Of a stretch of 64,000 nt of DNA, positions 36,189-51,200 are shown in pieces. A program made the position numbers and the translations under genes. A model generated the notes under the pieces. That model saw nothing but the letters and a program-made list of their open reading frames with translations, was not told the origin of the DNA and made no database searches. Position 1 is the stretch's first letter. Each line of letters opens with the position of its first letter. This DNA comes from Felis catus. Lineage: Eukaryota. The stretch lies in assembly GCF_018350175.1 (NCBI RefSeq), contig NC_058382.1:6944001-7008000 (forward strand), in the 5' to 3' direction.

Positions 36189-38399
36189 AAGCGGAGAAGA
36201 GGCAGAGAGAGAGGGAGAGACAGAGAATCCCAAGCTGCTTGGGCACTTTAAGCTCAGAGACCAACTCGGAGGGCTCAGTCTCGCAAACAATGTGATCATG
36301 ACCTGAGCTGAAATCAAGAGTTAGATGCTTCACCGACTGAACCACCCAGGCGCCCTGACTTGGGAAATTTCAAGAGTGCGTTGCTAGGGCAACAGGTTTG
36401 GCCAGGGGTCACTAACTTTGAAATATGTGAGCTAAGGTCCTGACTTACCAATAAAGACTTGGGACTCGGAGGGAGCGAGGACGGTGTTATCCGGGACTCT
36501 GGGAAAGGGCAACGTTGTGTAAATGAAAATATGGAGGCAGAAGACCCAGCCTGGACTTTCCCCCTTGTCTCTATAACCAATTCACTAGGAACTATCAGCC
36601 CCAGGAAGTATAAATACAAAACAGCTCTATGTTTCTGATCACTGATCCGATCATTCTCTCTCAAAACATTCTTTCCTCAGGTCATCTGACTGGCTCAGTC
36701 AGTGGAGCATGTGACTTTTGATCTCAGGGTCATGAGTTCAAGTCCCTATTGGGCATAGGGCCTGCTTTAAAAAAAAAAAAAAAAAAAAAAAAGAATATTT
36801 TTCTTCTCAGCTCCTAACTATGTCTCAGATACTCTGCTCAGCCTGGTCTTAAGCCTTCCCCTCAGATTCCTCTCCATCCAGTTCAAGCTGGGACTTGCCT
36901 CCTTGGAGAAGAGAGGGACACCAATCATCCTGGACACATCTTTTCTCCATCCCCATTTAAAGCCCCGATTTCCCAAAGTTTGGGGGCCTAGAGGAGGGAT
37001 GGGCATGGGGACAAGTGACTCTTGACCTGACTGGCCACAGCAGTAGCTTCTTGTTGGCTGAAGCCTTCTCCGGGCTAACCCTGGATGCGTCCAAAGACTG
37101 GCTCTCTTGCGGAGCAGGAATGTGAGAACCTGGGTGGGTCCAGTGAGGTTTTCTGAACTCCTCTGTTTTGTTTTGTTTTTTTTTAATTTTATTTTTTTTT
37201 AAGTAACCTCTACGTGTTGGGGCGCCTGGGTGGCTAAGTCAGTTAAATGTCTGGCTCTTGGTTTTGGTTCAGGTCGTGATCTCACGGTTCATGAGTTAAG
37301 CACTGTGTCGGACTCCGCACTGACAGTGAAAAGCCTGCTTGGGATTCTCTCTCTCTCCCCTCCCCCCACTCGTGCTTCTCTCAATTAAAAAAAAAAAAAA
37401 CACGAAACCCTTAAAAAAAAAGGAATCTCTAGGGGCGCCTGGGTGGCTCAGTCGGTTGAGCGTCGGACTTCAGCTCAGGTCATGATCTTGTGGTCCATGA
37501 GTTCAAGCCCCACATCCGGCTCTGTGCTGACAGCTCGGAGCCTGGAGCCTGCTTCAGATTCTGTGTCTCCCTCTTTCTCTGACCCTCCCCTGTTCATGCT
37601 CTGTCTCTCTCTGTCTCAAAAATAAACATTTAAAAAATTAAAAAAAATAAGTAATCTCTACATACAACCTGTGGCTCAAACTTACAACCCCAAGATCCAC
37701 AGTCACATGCTCTAATGACTGAGCTAGCCAGGAGCCCCTGGACTCCTCTGTTTCTTTTCTTTTCTTTTTAATATATACCCCTTTAAATTTTTTTAAATGT
37801 TTATTTTTGAGAGACAGAGAGGGAAAGAGATAGAGACAGAGCATGAGCAGGGGAAGGGCAGAGAGAGAGACAGAACCCAGAGCAGGCTCCAGGCTCTGAG
37901 CTATCAGCACAGATCCCCACACGGGGCTCAAATTCACAAACTGTGAGATCATAACCCGAGCACATCTGAAGTCGGATGCTTAACCGACTGAGCCACCCAC
38001 GCGCCCCTGCAGGGTTCTGATTAGAAAGAAGGTATAACTTCTGGGTCAAAGTCTAAAGGTGAGCAGTCCCCCACCGCTACCTTGAAGGGTATGGGGAGAA
38101 AGCAGTGAGGTCAGAGCCTCTAGAGGTGGGGAGTCTCCAAGGGAGGCAAGAAAGGCGGCGGGGGAGTGGGGGTGGGGGGGGGGAAGGGGGGTATTAAGGG
38201 TGGGACGGCAGGGAGAGAAGCCCTCAAGACCAGGAGGCCCTGGTGCCTAACGACACTTGTTAAGTCCCCCAAGTTGGAACGGTTCCCTGGAGGGGGACAG
38301 AAGTGGGGACTTAAGGGAACCCGTGAGCCCAGTAGGCTGGGAGGCCCTGAAAGTCCAGTCTTGGGACTACGCCCGAGGCCCTGGGGGGGGGGGGGGCAG

Positions 38400-39020
38400 T
38401 GGAAGGAAGGGGCTGAACCTAAGGCGGGGATGGGGCAACGGGGCTCCCTGGTGGGCCATGGAGACGCCTGCGCGGGATTCCCTCCCTCAGCCCGGGGCCC
38501 TGTCGCCCCTCCAAGCTTCGCTCGGCATCTCCAAGCCTGCGCTAGGTATCCCCGGACGCAGCAGACGCCACCCAGCGGAAGCAATAGCCATCGACTCCAT
38601 TGAATTCCATAGCAAAAAAGTCCGGAGTAAGCCCTGAGAGAGGACAACCAATCAGAGAGCGAGCCGAGTTCGCGCTCAGAAATATAGCCAATTAAAGAGC
38701 GAGGGTGCCGGCTCGCGGATCTGCGGGATGCGGGGAGGGGACTCGGCGCCAACGCGAGCTCACTCACCAATCAGAGCCGAGAATGACTGTCTCGCGCGGC
38801 TGTCTAACACGGAGTGGGCGGAGCTCAAACGCAACGCTGCTGGAGTTTCCCCACGAATCGGAAGTTTCGCTGCCCCCGACGCAGGAGTTGATTGGTCACT
38901 TGCAGAACTTGCCTCCCAATGTTGGAAAACGGATGCAGGACATTCCCTTAGAGACACTAGAGCCCGCCTCCGCTCCCTAGCGTGGGAGGAGGGCCTTAAA
39001 GGGCCAGGTCCTTGGTAAGT
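38400..39020. promoter_or_regulatory. CpG-island promoter with multiple CCAAT boxes, ETS, GC box and NF-kB-like site; probable non-coding first exon ending at donor 39014|GTAAGT
   Basis: Dense CpG. CCAAT at 38648, 38688, 38767, 38916 and ATTGG at 38891. CGGAAG at 38576 and 38859. GGGCGG at 38816. GGAGTTTCCC at 38842-38851. Consensus donor gtaagt at 39015-39020. Confidence 0.7.
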
Positions 39021-41327
39021 CGACGTCGGACCTCTTCACAGAAATAGAAACAGTAGCAGAACAAAATCGAAAGCCATTCCATATGTTGGAATTGACCAGG
39101 AGGGCTATCTCTCGAAGAAACAGGGGACCCCAAAAGTTTAAGCAGTTTGCTTTAGGTCACGGACTTGTAAGTAGCGGAGCGGGGATTCGAACCTTCATTT
39201 CCAAGCCCTGTCTCGACAAAATAGCCACGCCTCTTTGGGATACGACATAACCAAAGGATGAGACCCAAATCCTAATCACACTCGCTGAGAAAGTCTTGGC
39301 TTCAATGATAAAATCTTTTCGGTCCAGCCACCTGGTCTTTGCTCACACCATTTCTTCTCACTCTAGACCTAGCCCAAAGGCCACCTCCCCTAAACAAAAC
39401 AAAACACACAAAAAACCAAAACCGAAACCAAACAACCAACCAACCCTGCCCCTTGCTGGCAGGCAGCAAAGTTTTCCTGACCCCCTTCCCTCACGTCACC
39501 CCTTTGCCCCCAGGCGGCATTCCCTTCCCTCCCGGGCTTGGGGCTCTCACTGGCCTGTTCCAGTGTCCCGGCTCTGATCGCCCTGGAATGCTACCGTCGT
39601 CCATCTCTGTGCCTGTCCCCCACCCCTCAAGTCAGCCCTTCAAGGACCGGTGATACCTCCGAGCCATCAGCATCATCCAGCACAGGACCTGGATTGGAGA
39701 GAAAGGCAAAAAGTGAAAGCTCGTATCTGGGCTTTCCCTTCCTTAAGGTGGGATGTCGTGAACCTTCTAGTTAAAAAAAAAAAGAAAAGAAAAAGAAAGA
39801 AAAGAAAAGAAAAATCATATTCACTGGTCTGGCTGAAAACTTTGCATTATCCTCGATTCCTCATTAACTTATCACCCCCAGCAGCCCTGCTTGCTACAGG
39901 TTCTAACAAAATACCTTCTAAATCCCTTCACATCTTCCCATTCCCACTCCCCTCCCTACAAGTCACTGCCACCCCTTGCCTGGAGGATAGCGACAATTTC
40001 CCTGGGCTTCCTGCAACCACCCTTGGCGTTCACCACAGCCTATTCTCCAAACCGCTGACACTGTGCTTTGCTTAAAACATAAATCAAATTATGTCACACT
40101 TCTGCTTACAAATGTTCAAAGTCATCTCAATGTTCTAAGAAAAAAAAAAAAAAATCCAGTGTCTCCACTGCAGCCTACCAGGTCCTACGTAATCTGGCTC
40201 CTGCTCGTGTCTCCCACCAACAGCACAGATATGAGTCAGGCTGTGGAGTTCAGATCTCACTTGTGCCACTGACTAGCTCTGTGACCTCCAGTAACTTACT
40301 TAGACCCCTTGAGGCAAGGTCTGATCACCTGTGAAGTGAGGATTAAATGAGTTAGAATTACTAATTAAAATAGACCTCTACTGTATAAAATGACTAACTA
40401 GTATTCCTCAAAATGGTCAAGGTTGTGAAAAGCCAGCAGAGACGAGTCTGGTAAATGGTATCCTGCATCAGTTCTAGAACAGAAAATAGAGGACGTTAGT
40501 GTGGGAACTGGTAAAATCCAGTAAGTCTGGAGTATGGTTAAGTCATGTTAGTTTCTTAGTTGCAATGAGTGTTCCACGACAATGGAAGAAGATACACAGT
40601 AAGCAAAGCTGGGTGAGGACTATATGGGAGCTCTCCTTATTATCTTTATAATTTTTCTGTAAATACAAAAGTATTCCAGGGGCCCCTGGGTGGCTCAGTC
40701 GGTTAAGCAGATGACTTCGGCTCAGGTCATGATCTCGAAGTTCATGAGTTTGGGCCCCGTGTAAGGACAGCTTGGAGTCTGGAGCCTGCTCCGGATTCTG
40801 TGTCTCCTTCGCCCTCTGCTCCTCCCGGGATCATGCTCTGTGTCTCTCTCAAAAATAGATAAACATTAAACAAATTTTAAATAAAAGTATTCCAAAAGAA
40901 AAATTGTATTTAAAAGCAAAGAGACCTATCCCTCACCCCCTCCAAGCTCTGTCCTTCCCAGTGCCTCAAACACTGTGCTCCTCCCACCCTCAGACCTTTG
41001 CACTTCCTGTTCCCTCCACTAGGAATACTCAACACCAACATCTTCTGGCTCCTTCCACAGTAGCCTTCCCTGACCATCTTATTCAACTAAACTCACTGCC
41101 CCCTGTGCTTCTCTGTCCCCTTGCCCTGTCTTCACACTTTCACAGTCCTTATTCTTTTAAAAACATTTTTTTTAGGTGTGCCTGTATGGCTCAGTTTGTT
41201 AAGCATCTGACTTCGGCTCAGGTTATAATCTCCGGGTTGGTGAATTCAAGCCTCCTGCTCTGTCAGCACAGAACCTGCTTCAGATCCTCTGTCTCTCTCT
41301 CTCTCTCTCTGCCCCTCCCCCACTCAT

Positions 41328-41367
<40 letters not shown>

Positions 41368-42164
41368 AAATAAACTTAAAAAATTTTTTAATGTTTAATT
41401 TATTTCTGACATAGAGAGAGAGTGAGAAAGGGGCAGAGAGAGGAGAGAGAGAGAGAATCCTGAACAGGCTCTGAACTATCAGTGTGGAGCCCGACACGGG
41501 GTTTGAACCTGCAGTGAGATCATATCCTGAGCTGAAACCAAGAGCTGGATGCTTAACCGACTGTGCCATCCAGGCGCCCCCACAGAACTTATTCCAGGAA
41601 ATGTATACTTGTGTCTTGTCCCTCTTGTTCTCTCTTAAGAATATGGGCTGTGTCTATTTTGTCCCGGGGCTCCACCCCCAAAGCCCAGTATGGGGCCTAG
41701 CATACAGTAGGCACTGAATACATACTTATTTTTTGAATATATACTTCTTGAATGAAGAGATTAAGAATGACTATTGTTTCCCAATAAAATACTACCAACA
41801 CTCGCAGCAATAATGATAAGTAACTCTCATTTGTTGAAACAAATTAGTCTAGACTCTGTGTTGACTATTTTACACAAGTCATATCTTTAAACCTCACAAG
41901 AACCTGGAAGGTAATATTCACCCCATTTCTCAGATGGAGAAACAGAAGCACAGAGTCTAGAAGGACTGAAGGTCACAAAGTCAGTCAGAGACAGGGCCTG
42001 GGTGGAATCCAGCTCTCGACTCCAGCCCATTGACGATCCCCTCTGCCCTGAGGGATGTCCAGATGTCCAGAATTCCCTATCTAAATGCCCCTTTAGTCCT
42101 AAAGAACCATGGGCCCCCTGAGGAAACGGCCAGAAATGCGGGTGGAAAGAGAGAAGGGGGCTAA

Positions 42165-42316
42165 TGCCCTGATTCCTGGGTCTGAGAGGAGGGGGCTGGG
42201 GGGCTGGACTCCTGGGTCCGAGGGAGTTGGGGCTGGGGGCTTGGACTCCTGGGTCTGGGGGTAGAAGAAGCTCAGGGGCTGTACTCTTGGGACTCAGGAG
42301 GTAGAGAGCTGCGACC
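42165..42316 (+). repeat. MSR1-type ~37-bp minisatellite, about 4 units
   Basis: ggactcctgggtc(t/c)gagggag..gggctggggg units. Confidence 0.8.
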
Positions 42317-42508
42317 CCAGATACGTGGGGTTGAGAAATTAGGTCCTGAGACCCCAGCGCCCTTTGCCGCGGCTCCGCACGCCCCGAAGGCCACGCCCCA
42401 CTTTGAACAAAGTCCCTCCCACTTTCTTCCAGACCTCTCTCCGCCTCTCAGGGCCCTGAAGAAATTCAGGCGAAGGTGCTAGAAGAAACTCGGGAGATCT
42501 CTGCAAAG

Positions 42509-43927
<1,419 letters not shown>

Positions 43928-44869
43928 GACCCTGAGGGTCCAGCTCCCCAAACTCCTGAGAGGGCCCCTCAGGGTCACCAGGAGGGTTTTCCTGGAGCCC
44001 CAGGGTGACCTCAGCTATGGCGGAGATGCCCCAAGAAACATCGTGCTCCCATCTCTTTTCCCCCTAAACCATAGCCTCCTGCCAGTCACCCCATGAAACA
44101 TGGACCCGACCTAGGATCCCACACCAGAGAAAACCCTGAGCCTCACCCCCGTGCCCCAAGCCATCCCCAACTCCCCACCCCCCATTCCAACCCCATCTAC
44201 AGTGACAACCTCAGTCCCTCCCATCCCCACCTTCCCCTGCAAGCCCTTTCCGGTCCCCGCTCTCAATACCACCTTCCCAATCCCACTCATTGCCATTTCT
44301 GTCCCCATCTGCACCCTTGCTCCCAGCTTCTCTACCCACCTCAGGCCCAACCCAACCCTCAACTGTGTCCTACACTTGAGCCCTAGTCCAGTCCACCTTC
44401 GACCCCAGCCAGCCCCATCCCGTCCTGTTTCCCAGCCCCAACCCCGTGACATGCCCTGTGACCCACCGGCAGAGAACCCCATTGGCCCAACAGACCTGCA
44501 ACCTCCCACCCCTTTTCCTGCCCTTCGGTGCGGGGAGCCTGGTTGAAAAATAAATGGAAGACTTGCCCCATATCTTGTGTCTCTGTGTGTGTGCTTACGC
44601 AGCTCAGGCTAACCCAGCGGGTGCTGTGAGCAAGGCCTGTGAAAGGGGTTAGGTCGTGGGGAGGGTCACAGAGAGAGGCCAGGGTGGCCGGGGCCGCGGG
44701 GAGGGAGGGCCTGGATCCCTGTTTCAGCGAATTCTATTTGGGGCCTCTGCCACCGGCCTTTGCCACCACTGCACTTCTAGCTGCTGGAAGCTTCTGGGCC
44801 GCGGGGCCATTGTGTGGGGAGGCTTAAGGGATTTGGGGGACCCAGGCAGCAGAGAAGCCAGCAACCTGG

Positions 44870-44934
44870 CTCGGCTCAGTCTGCACAGAAGGGCCGAGGC
44901 AGACAGAAGGCTTGTCACAGGCTCTGCCACTCAG
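44870..44934 (+). other. LIM2: Probable LIM2 non-coding exon 1 (5' boundary approximate)
   Basis: Ends ccactcag|gtaggg. The next exon has acceptor atag|atcaccATG at 45255. Confidence 0.55.
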
Positions 44935-44959
44935 GTAGGGACCAGGCATCAGACCTGTA

Positions 44960-45225
44960 GACCCCTCCTCCCCCAAGATCTAGGGGTCCCTCCTTCAGCT
45001 CCTTCCTCTCCCAGGGGCCTCATGGGGTCCCAGTCCCTAGCCCCCTCCTCACCTGGGATCTGGGAGTCCAGGCCTCCAGCCCCTCCTCCCGGGACCCAAG
45101 GGCCCAGCCCCCAGCTCCTTCCTCTCCCAGGGAACTGTTGTCCCAGCCCCTAGCCCCCTGGTCACCTGGGATCTGGGAGTCCAGGCCCCCAGTCCCTTCC
45201 TCTGCCAGGACCCGGGAGTCCAGCT
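44960..45225 (-). repeat. MSR1-type minisatellite, about 7 degenerate units, LIM2 intron 1
   Basis: Repeated ggagtccaggcc(t/c)ccagcccctcctcc..gacc. Confidence 0.8.
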
Positions 45226-45260
45226 CCTGACCCCACCTCTCGCCTTCTCCATAGATCACC

Positions 45261-48200
45261 ATGTACAGCTTCATGGGTGGCGGCCTCTTCTGTGCCTGGG
45301 TGGGGACCATCCTCCTGGTGGTGGCCACAGCGACAGATCACTGGATGCAGTACCGGCTGTCCGGGTCCTTCGCCCACCAGGGCCTGTGGCGGTACTGTCT
45401 GGGCAACAAGTGCTACCTGCAGACAGAGAGCATCGGTAAGGCTCCGGGGCCGGGTCGAGGCCGTGCCTGGGGTCACAGGCCCTCTCGGGACAGGGGGCAG
45501 AGCCCCCCACAGGGCAGAACCTCTCCACCTGTTTTGCAGGTGGAGAACTGTGTGGTTCAGAGAGGGAAAGGGACCGGCCAAAGATCACTCAGCATGGAAG
45601 GGGCAGAACTGGGATTTCAGTATTTTCTTCTAGTACAGTTAGGAGATGTATGAGAAGTTAAGTAGAGAGGTGGCATCTCCTGGCACGAAATAGATGTCGG
45701 GTACAGCACTTGGGGCTGGGGTTGTCAGAACAGCATTTTCTAAGCATCTACTGTGTATCAAGAACCAGGTTAGGGAAGCGCCTGGGTGGCTCAGCCGGTT
45801 GAGCATCTGACACTTGATTTGGGCTCAGGTCATGAACTCACGGCTCGTCAGTTCGAGCCCCGAGTCAGGCTCTGCACTGACAGCACAGAGCCTGCTTGGG
45901 ATTCTCTTTCCCCCTCTTTCTCTGCCTCTGCCCTGCTCTCTCTCTCTCTCTCTTTCAAAAATAAATAAACGTTAAAAAAAATAAAGCGTTCATTGTTAAA
46001 AAAAAAAAAAAGAACTAGGTTAGGTGCTATGGGATACAGAAGTAATATGGACCCTAAATTTGCTAAGTACTGGATGGTAGTTTTTAATACCTACTGTGTG
46101 CCAGGCTATGTAATATATATGCCTCTAAGTACATGCATATGTATATATGTGCGTGTATATGTGCATATTATAATATATATTGCAAAAACGGGGATAAGAA
46201 AAGCTCTTCCAGCCTAGGGTTCTTGAAAGCTATATTATAATCATATATATTATATATATATAAAATAATGTTATATGATATACTATAGATCTCTATTATC
46301 TCTCTCCATATATATGTATACAAAATATATGTACATCCATGCACGTATACATATATATTTGGAGAGAGATGCTTGCGTGTATTGTATGCTACTTTACATA
46401 ATGTATATTGTATAACATGCATTATATATTAACAAATTAATAATATATAATGTTACATATTTTATAGGTACCAAATACTAGTGGTAGTAGTAATAATGAC
46501 CGGTATTTATTGAATGTTGTTGTGTCCTACACGCTGTTCTAAATGCTTGACATGGATTAATGCCCTTTGGTCTCCCAACAACACTGAGGGTGACACTTCT
46601 GCAAAGAAGACATGAGATGCGCCCTCAGAAAACCAACATTCTCTTTACGGGGCTTGGGAGGAGGAGACAACCCTCCTGAGCCCTTCCACCCGGATTTCAG
46701 CCACCCCGGCTCACTGAACCTGCCTAAGGGAGGCAGCCGGAGGCCCATTTTGCAGGTAGGGGTAAACTGAAGCAGGAAGCAGGGGAAAGATTTGCCCCGG
46801 CCTCAGGCTCCAGAGCCCGGTCTGCCTCCTGACTTCACGCGCCCCTTTCATTCCTGGCGGTCTCCTTCATCACATGTCTACCATTTCTCCTGCTTCAGCC
46901 TGGGAAAGCCCCGGGGACAGCCCCCCCCCCATCTTATCTGTGTTGGGGGTGGGGGAGAGGGAAGCACGACGGATCACATCGATAGATCGATAGATCGGTG
47001 CAGCTTCATCTGACCTCAACGCCGAAATCCTCAGGGACATCCTCACCCTGACTGATTGCCGGGGAGCTGTCCAAGCAGCTGGCTCGACTTGCCCATCAAC
47101 TGTAACTGGCTCGCCAAAATCGGACGCGAGCTTGCAAGGGGCCAAACCCAGCCACAGACCTGTGTGTCTGGCGGTTTGAAGGTTTCTGAAGCGTCTGCCA
47201 GGACTTTTTTTTTTAACTTAAAAAACATTGTTTTTGAGTATTTGTTTTTGACACACACACACACACACACGTAGAGAGCGAGCAGGGGAGGGGCAGAGAG
47301 AGAGGGAAACACAGAATCCGAAGCAGGTTCCAAGCTCTGAGCTGTCAGCACAGAGCTCGGGGAGGGGCTGAACTCATGACCTGAGCGGGTTTACCGACTG
47401 AGCCACCCAGGGGCCCCAGCGTCTGCCAGGATTTAAAAATTTGGAGATTTGGGCGCCCCCAGTCCTCCAGGCTTTTATCTTAATTAAAAAAAAAAAAGTT
47501 TACTTATTTTTGAAAGAATGAGAGATAGCACGTGAGCGGGGGCGGGGCGGAGAGCGAGACGGAGACAGAGAATCCCAAGCAGACTCTTCAAGCTCTCAGC
47601 ATAGAGCCCCATGCGGGGCTCGAACCCAGGAACCGTGAGATCATGACCTGACCCTTCACGGACCGAGCCACCCAGGTGCCCCCGGACTTTAAAATACCCA
47701 GCGGGCATCTGTAACTTCCTGGGGCTGCCATTACAAAGGACCACACACTAAGTGGCTTAAACAACAGAAATATACTGTCTCACGGCTCTAGAGGCTGGAA
47801 GTCTAATATCAAGGTTTCAGTAGAAGCGGGTCCTTCCGAGGCTGTGAGGGAGACTCTGTTGCCTGCCTCCCTCTCCCGGCTTCTGCTGGTCATCTGGCAG
47901 TCTTTGGCATTCCTTGGCGTGTCCGAGCATCATCCGGATCTCTGCCCTCACCTTCACACGGTGCGCCCTGCACGCCTGTCTTCCTCCAAACCTCCCCATT
48001 TTAAGAGGCTACAAGTCATTTTGCATTAGGAATCCACTCTACTCCGGTATGACCTCATCTTCACTAATTACAGCTGCAATGACCCTATTTCCAAATAAGG
48101 TCATATTCTGGGGGGGGGGGGGTTAGAGGTTCAACACATGAATTTGGGGGTTCGGGGAGAGACCCGAATGGACCCCACACAGCATCCATGGAGAAACAGC

Positions 48201-51200
48201 CAGCTGTTTTTCTTGGTGTTATTCGCACAAGACAAAAAGACTGCATTCTGCAAAGACCCGGACTTTGTACTTTTCGGTGGCAGGATCCAAGCTCTGCCCC
48301 CGGAGCACAGCTGTTCTCCGTGCTCCCAGAGACAGAAGAGGCAAGCAGTTAAGAGCAAGGGCTTTGGTGCCTGGGTTTCAAGGCCAGTCCTACTGCTAAT
48401 TATGGGACTCTGGGCATGTCGCTGTACCTCCGAGTCCTCCTTCACCTGAGAAATGGGGATAAAAACAGAACGTCCAGCTTAGGGAGGGAAACCAATAGAC
48501 TCATGCGTGGAATGCATGCCCGGCACACACTTGGCAGCTGCTAAGTGGAGAATGAGATCATAACTGTTATTGCCAGGGCATGTCCTAAAGGGCCAGCGCA
48601 GAGCCAAGCACCGAAGAAGAATAGTGCTCAGTGCCCCACATTCATTTGTTCAGTGGGTGCGAGGGGTGTTGCGGTGAATGAGAAAGCAAGACCTTTGTCC
48701 TCACGTAACTGAGAAACCAGCAGGGAGACACAGATATAAACAAGTTAAAGAATAAATAGACAGGGGCGCCTGGGTGGCTCAGTCGGTTGGGCGTCCGACT
48801 TGGCTCAGGCCATGGTCTCGTGGTTCGTGAGTTTGAGCCCCGCGTCGGGCTCTGTGCCGACAGCTTGGAGCCTGAAGCCTGCTTCAGATTCTGTGTCTCC
48901 CCCTCTTTCTGCTCGTGCTCTGTCTCTGTCTCTCAATTATAAATAAAAGTTAACAAAATAAAAATAAATAAATAGACCATTTTCTTTTTCTTTAAAGTTT
49001 ATTTATTTGAGAGAGAGAGAGAGAGAGGGAGGGAGGGAGGGAGGAGGGGGAGGGGCAGACAGAGATTCCCAAGCAGACTCCCCAAGGTCAGTACAGACAC
49101 TCATGCAGGACTTGAACCCATGAACCGTGAGGTCATGACCTGAGCTGAAACCAAGAGTGGGACGCTCAACTGACTGAGCCACCCGGGTGCCCCTAAACAG
49201 GCCACTCTCAGATATGGGCAAGTGGTGTTAAGGAAATGAAGGAGAGTGATGGGAAGGAGGACAGGAAGTGATCATCAGGAGGGGAGTGGCTTTCATTCGT
49301 TCTTGTACGTTCATTCGTCCACCCAGGGAACGTTGTGCTGGGGGGTATTTGTGATGTAGAATCCTATCCTCAGGGAACCATCATGCTGGAAGGGGAAACC
49401 ACCTGGGGGGGTGGGAAGGATGTTGCCTGAGGGCTGAAAGGGTGCTTCCTAGAGGGGATTTGGGAGCTGGGCTGTGGAGGACCAATGGGAGTTTGCCAGG
49501 TGAAGAGGACTGTGTTTGTTTGCAAAGAGGTACGGGGACAGCTAGGTCAGGCATGTGGAGAGAGGCAAGGCATTCAGGCCTCAGAGGCAGCCCCGTTCAC
49601 CGCGGAGGGCGGGGGTGGCAGGGGAGTGACCCTCTGGTGCTACCACAGCTTACTGGAACGCCACCCGGGCCTTCATGATCCTGTCGTCCCTGTGCGCCAC
49701 CTCGGGCATCATCATGGGTATCCTGGCCTTTGCTCAGCAGCCCGCCTTCACACGCCTCTCCCGGCCCTTCTCCGCGGGCATCCTGTTTTTCGCCTCCAGT
49801 GAGTGGCCCCCCCCTTCAACCCCCCCCCGTCCCCTTCCCCACTCCCACCCACTCCCATTCCCTGCCCGTTTCCGTCCCGAACTCCACTCTCATCCGGGGT
49901 TCCACACCCATCCTAGTCTCACCCCGGCCCCAACCCCAACTCCGAGACGGGTTCTAGTGCCTCCTGCCAGTCAGCCTCTTCTGACCCCAGCTGCGACCCT
50001 GCGGCTCAGTTCTGGCACTTAACCACCCAGAGCCGGCATCACACCCCACTGGTTTGAGGGTGCCATTTCCAACCAGGCTGCCCCTACGTGGGTTGTGGGT
50101 GGAGTCCCCGGGCCATCTGCCCTTTGGACCAACTGCTGCACATTCAGGGGTTCCTGGGACCCGGTCAGGTTCAAACATTCGCCAGAAGAACTCACGGCAC
50201 TCAGGAAAGCACTAAGCTCCGGATCATGGATTTATCATGAAGGATACACCTCAGCACCAGCTAAATCAAGAGATGCGTAGGGGTGGAGCCTGAGAGGGGC
50301 TTGAAGGCAGGACCCCCGCCCCCACCCCAATAGCCTCCCCGGGGGATCAGAGCACACCGTGGAGCACATTGAAGTGTTCCCCAGCCAGAAAGCTCCAGCA
50401 CTCCACGATGGAGTCGCTGGTCACATGACTGGGCTTAACCTCTAGCTTCCTTCCCCCGAGGTTCGTCTGATGCCCAGTGACTCAAAGCCCCACCAGTCTG
50501 TTCTGTTCCCGAGGCTGGTCTTTCTGGTGACCAGTTCCTACCTAGGGTCATCTCAGCTCATCAACATAAATTCGTGTTGACCGGAGAGGCTCAGCAAGAA
50601 CAAAGACACTCCTATTACCCAGAAAGTTCCAAGGATTTAGCGTCTCCCTTCCAGGAACCAGAGCCCCAGACCAGCCCAGGCAAATTCTTTATTGCACAGC
50701 ACAGCCCCGGCCCATCCTCGCCCCAACCCTACTCCCCTCACATACTTACCTTTTTCCTTTCCCACCCCCACCCGGCCCTCCCCCTTCCTCAATCTCATTC
50801 CCACCCTCACCTGCAAACCCTACCCCACCCCTTTTCCCTCCCCCCTCCCCCCACCTTCTCTCTCTAGCCTTTTTTGTCCTGTTGGCCTTGGCCATTTACA
50901 CTGGAGTCACTGTCAGCTTCCTCGGTCGCCGCTTCGGGGACTGGCGTTTTTCCTGGTCTTACATCCTGGGCTGGGTGGCCTTGCTCATGACCTTCTTCGC
51001 AGGTAAGGGGGCTTGGGGGTGGCAAGGTCAGTATCCGTGGCAGAGTGGGCGGCACTCTAGAGGGCGAGATGATGGGGTGTCCCACACGGGCCTCCCAGCA
51101 CAGCACGGAGCCAGAAGGCAGACTGCAGGTCTGCAGACACGCAGGGAGGAAGAGAGTGCTGTGTTGGGGTCTTGGGTTGGGAGCCCAGCCTAGAAGGACT

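Noticed and set aside
38120-38770. 216-aa minus-strand ORF in the CpG island
   Set aside because: Non-ATG start, low-complexity Pro-rich sequence, typical of stop-poor GC-rich DNA.
44620-44800. Possible Maf (tgctgtgagca) and HSF (ggaagcttct) sites in the LIM2 promoter
   Set aside because: Spacing does not fit a full MARE or a three-unit HSE; too weak to call.
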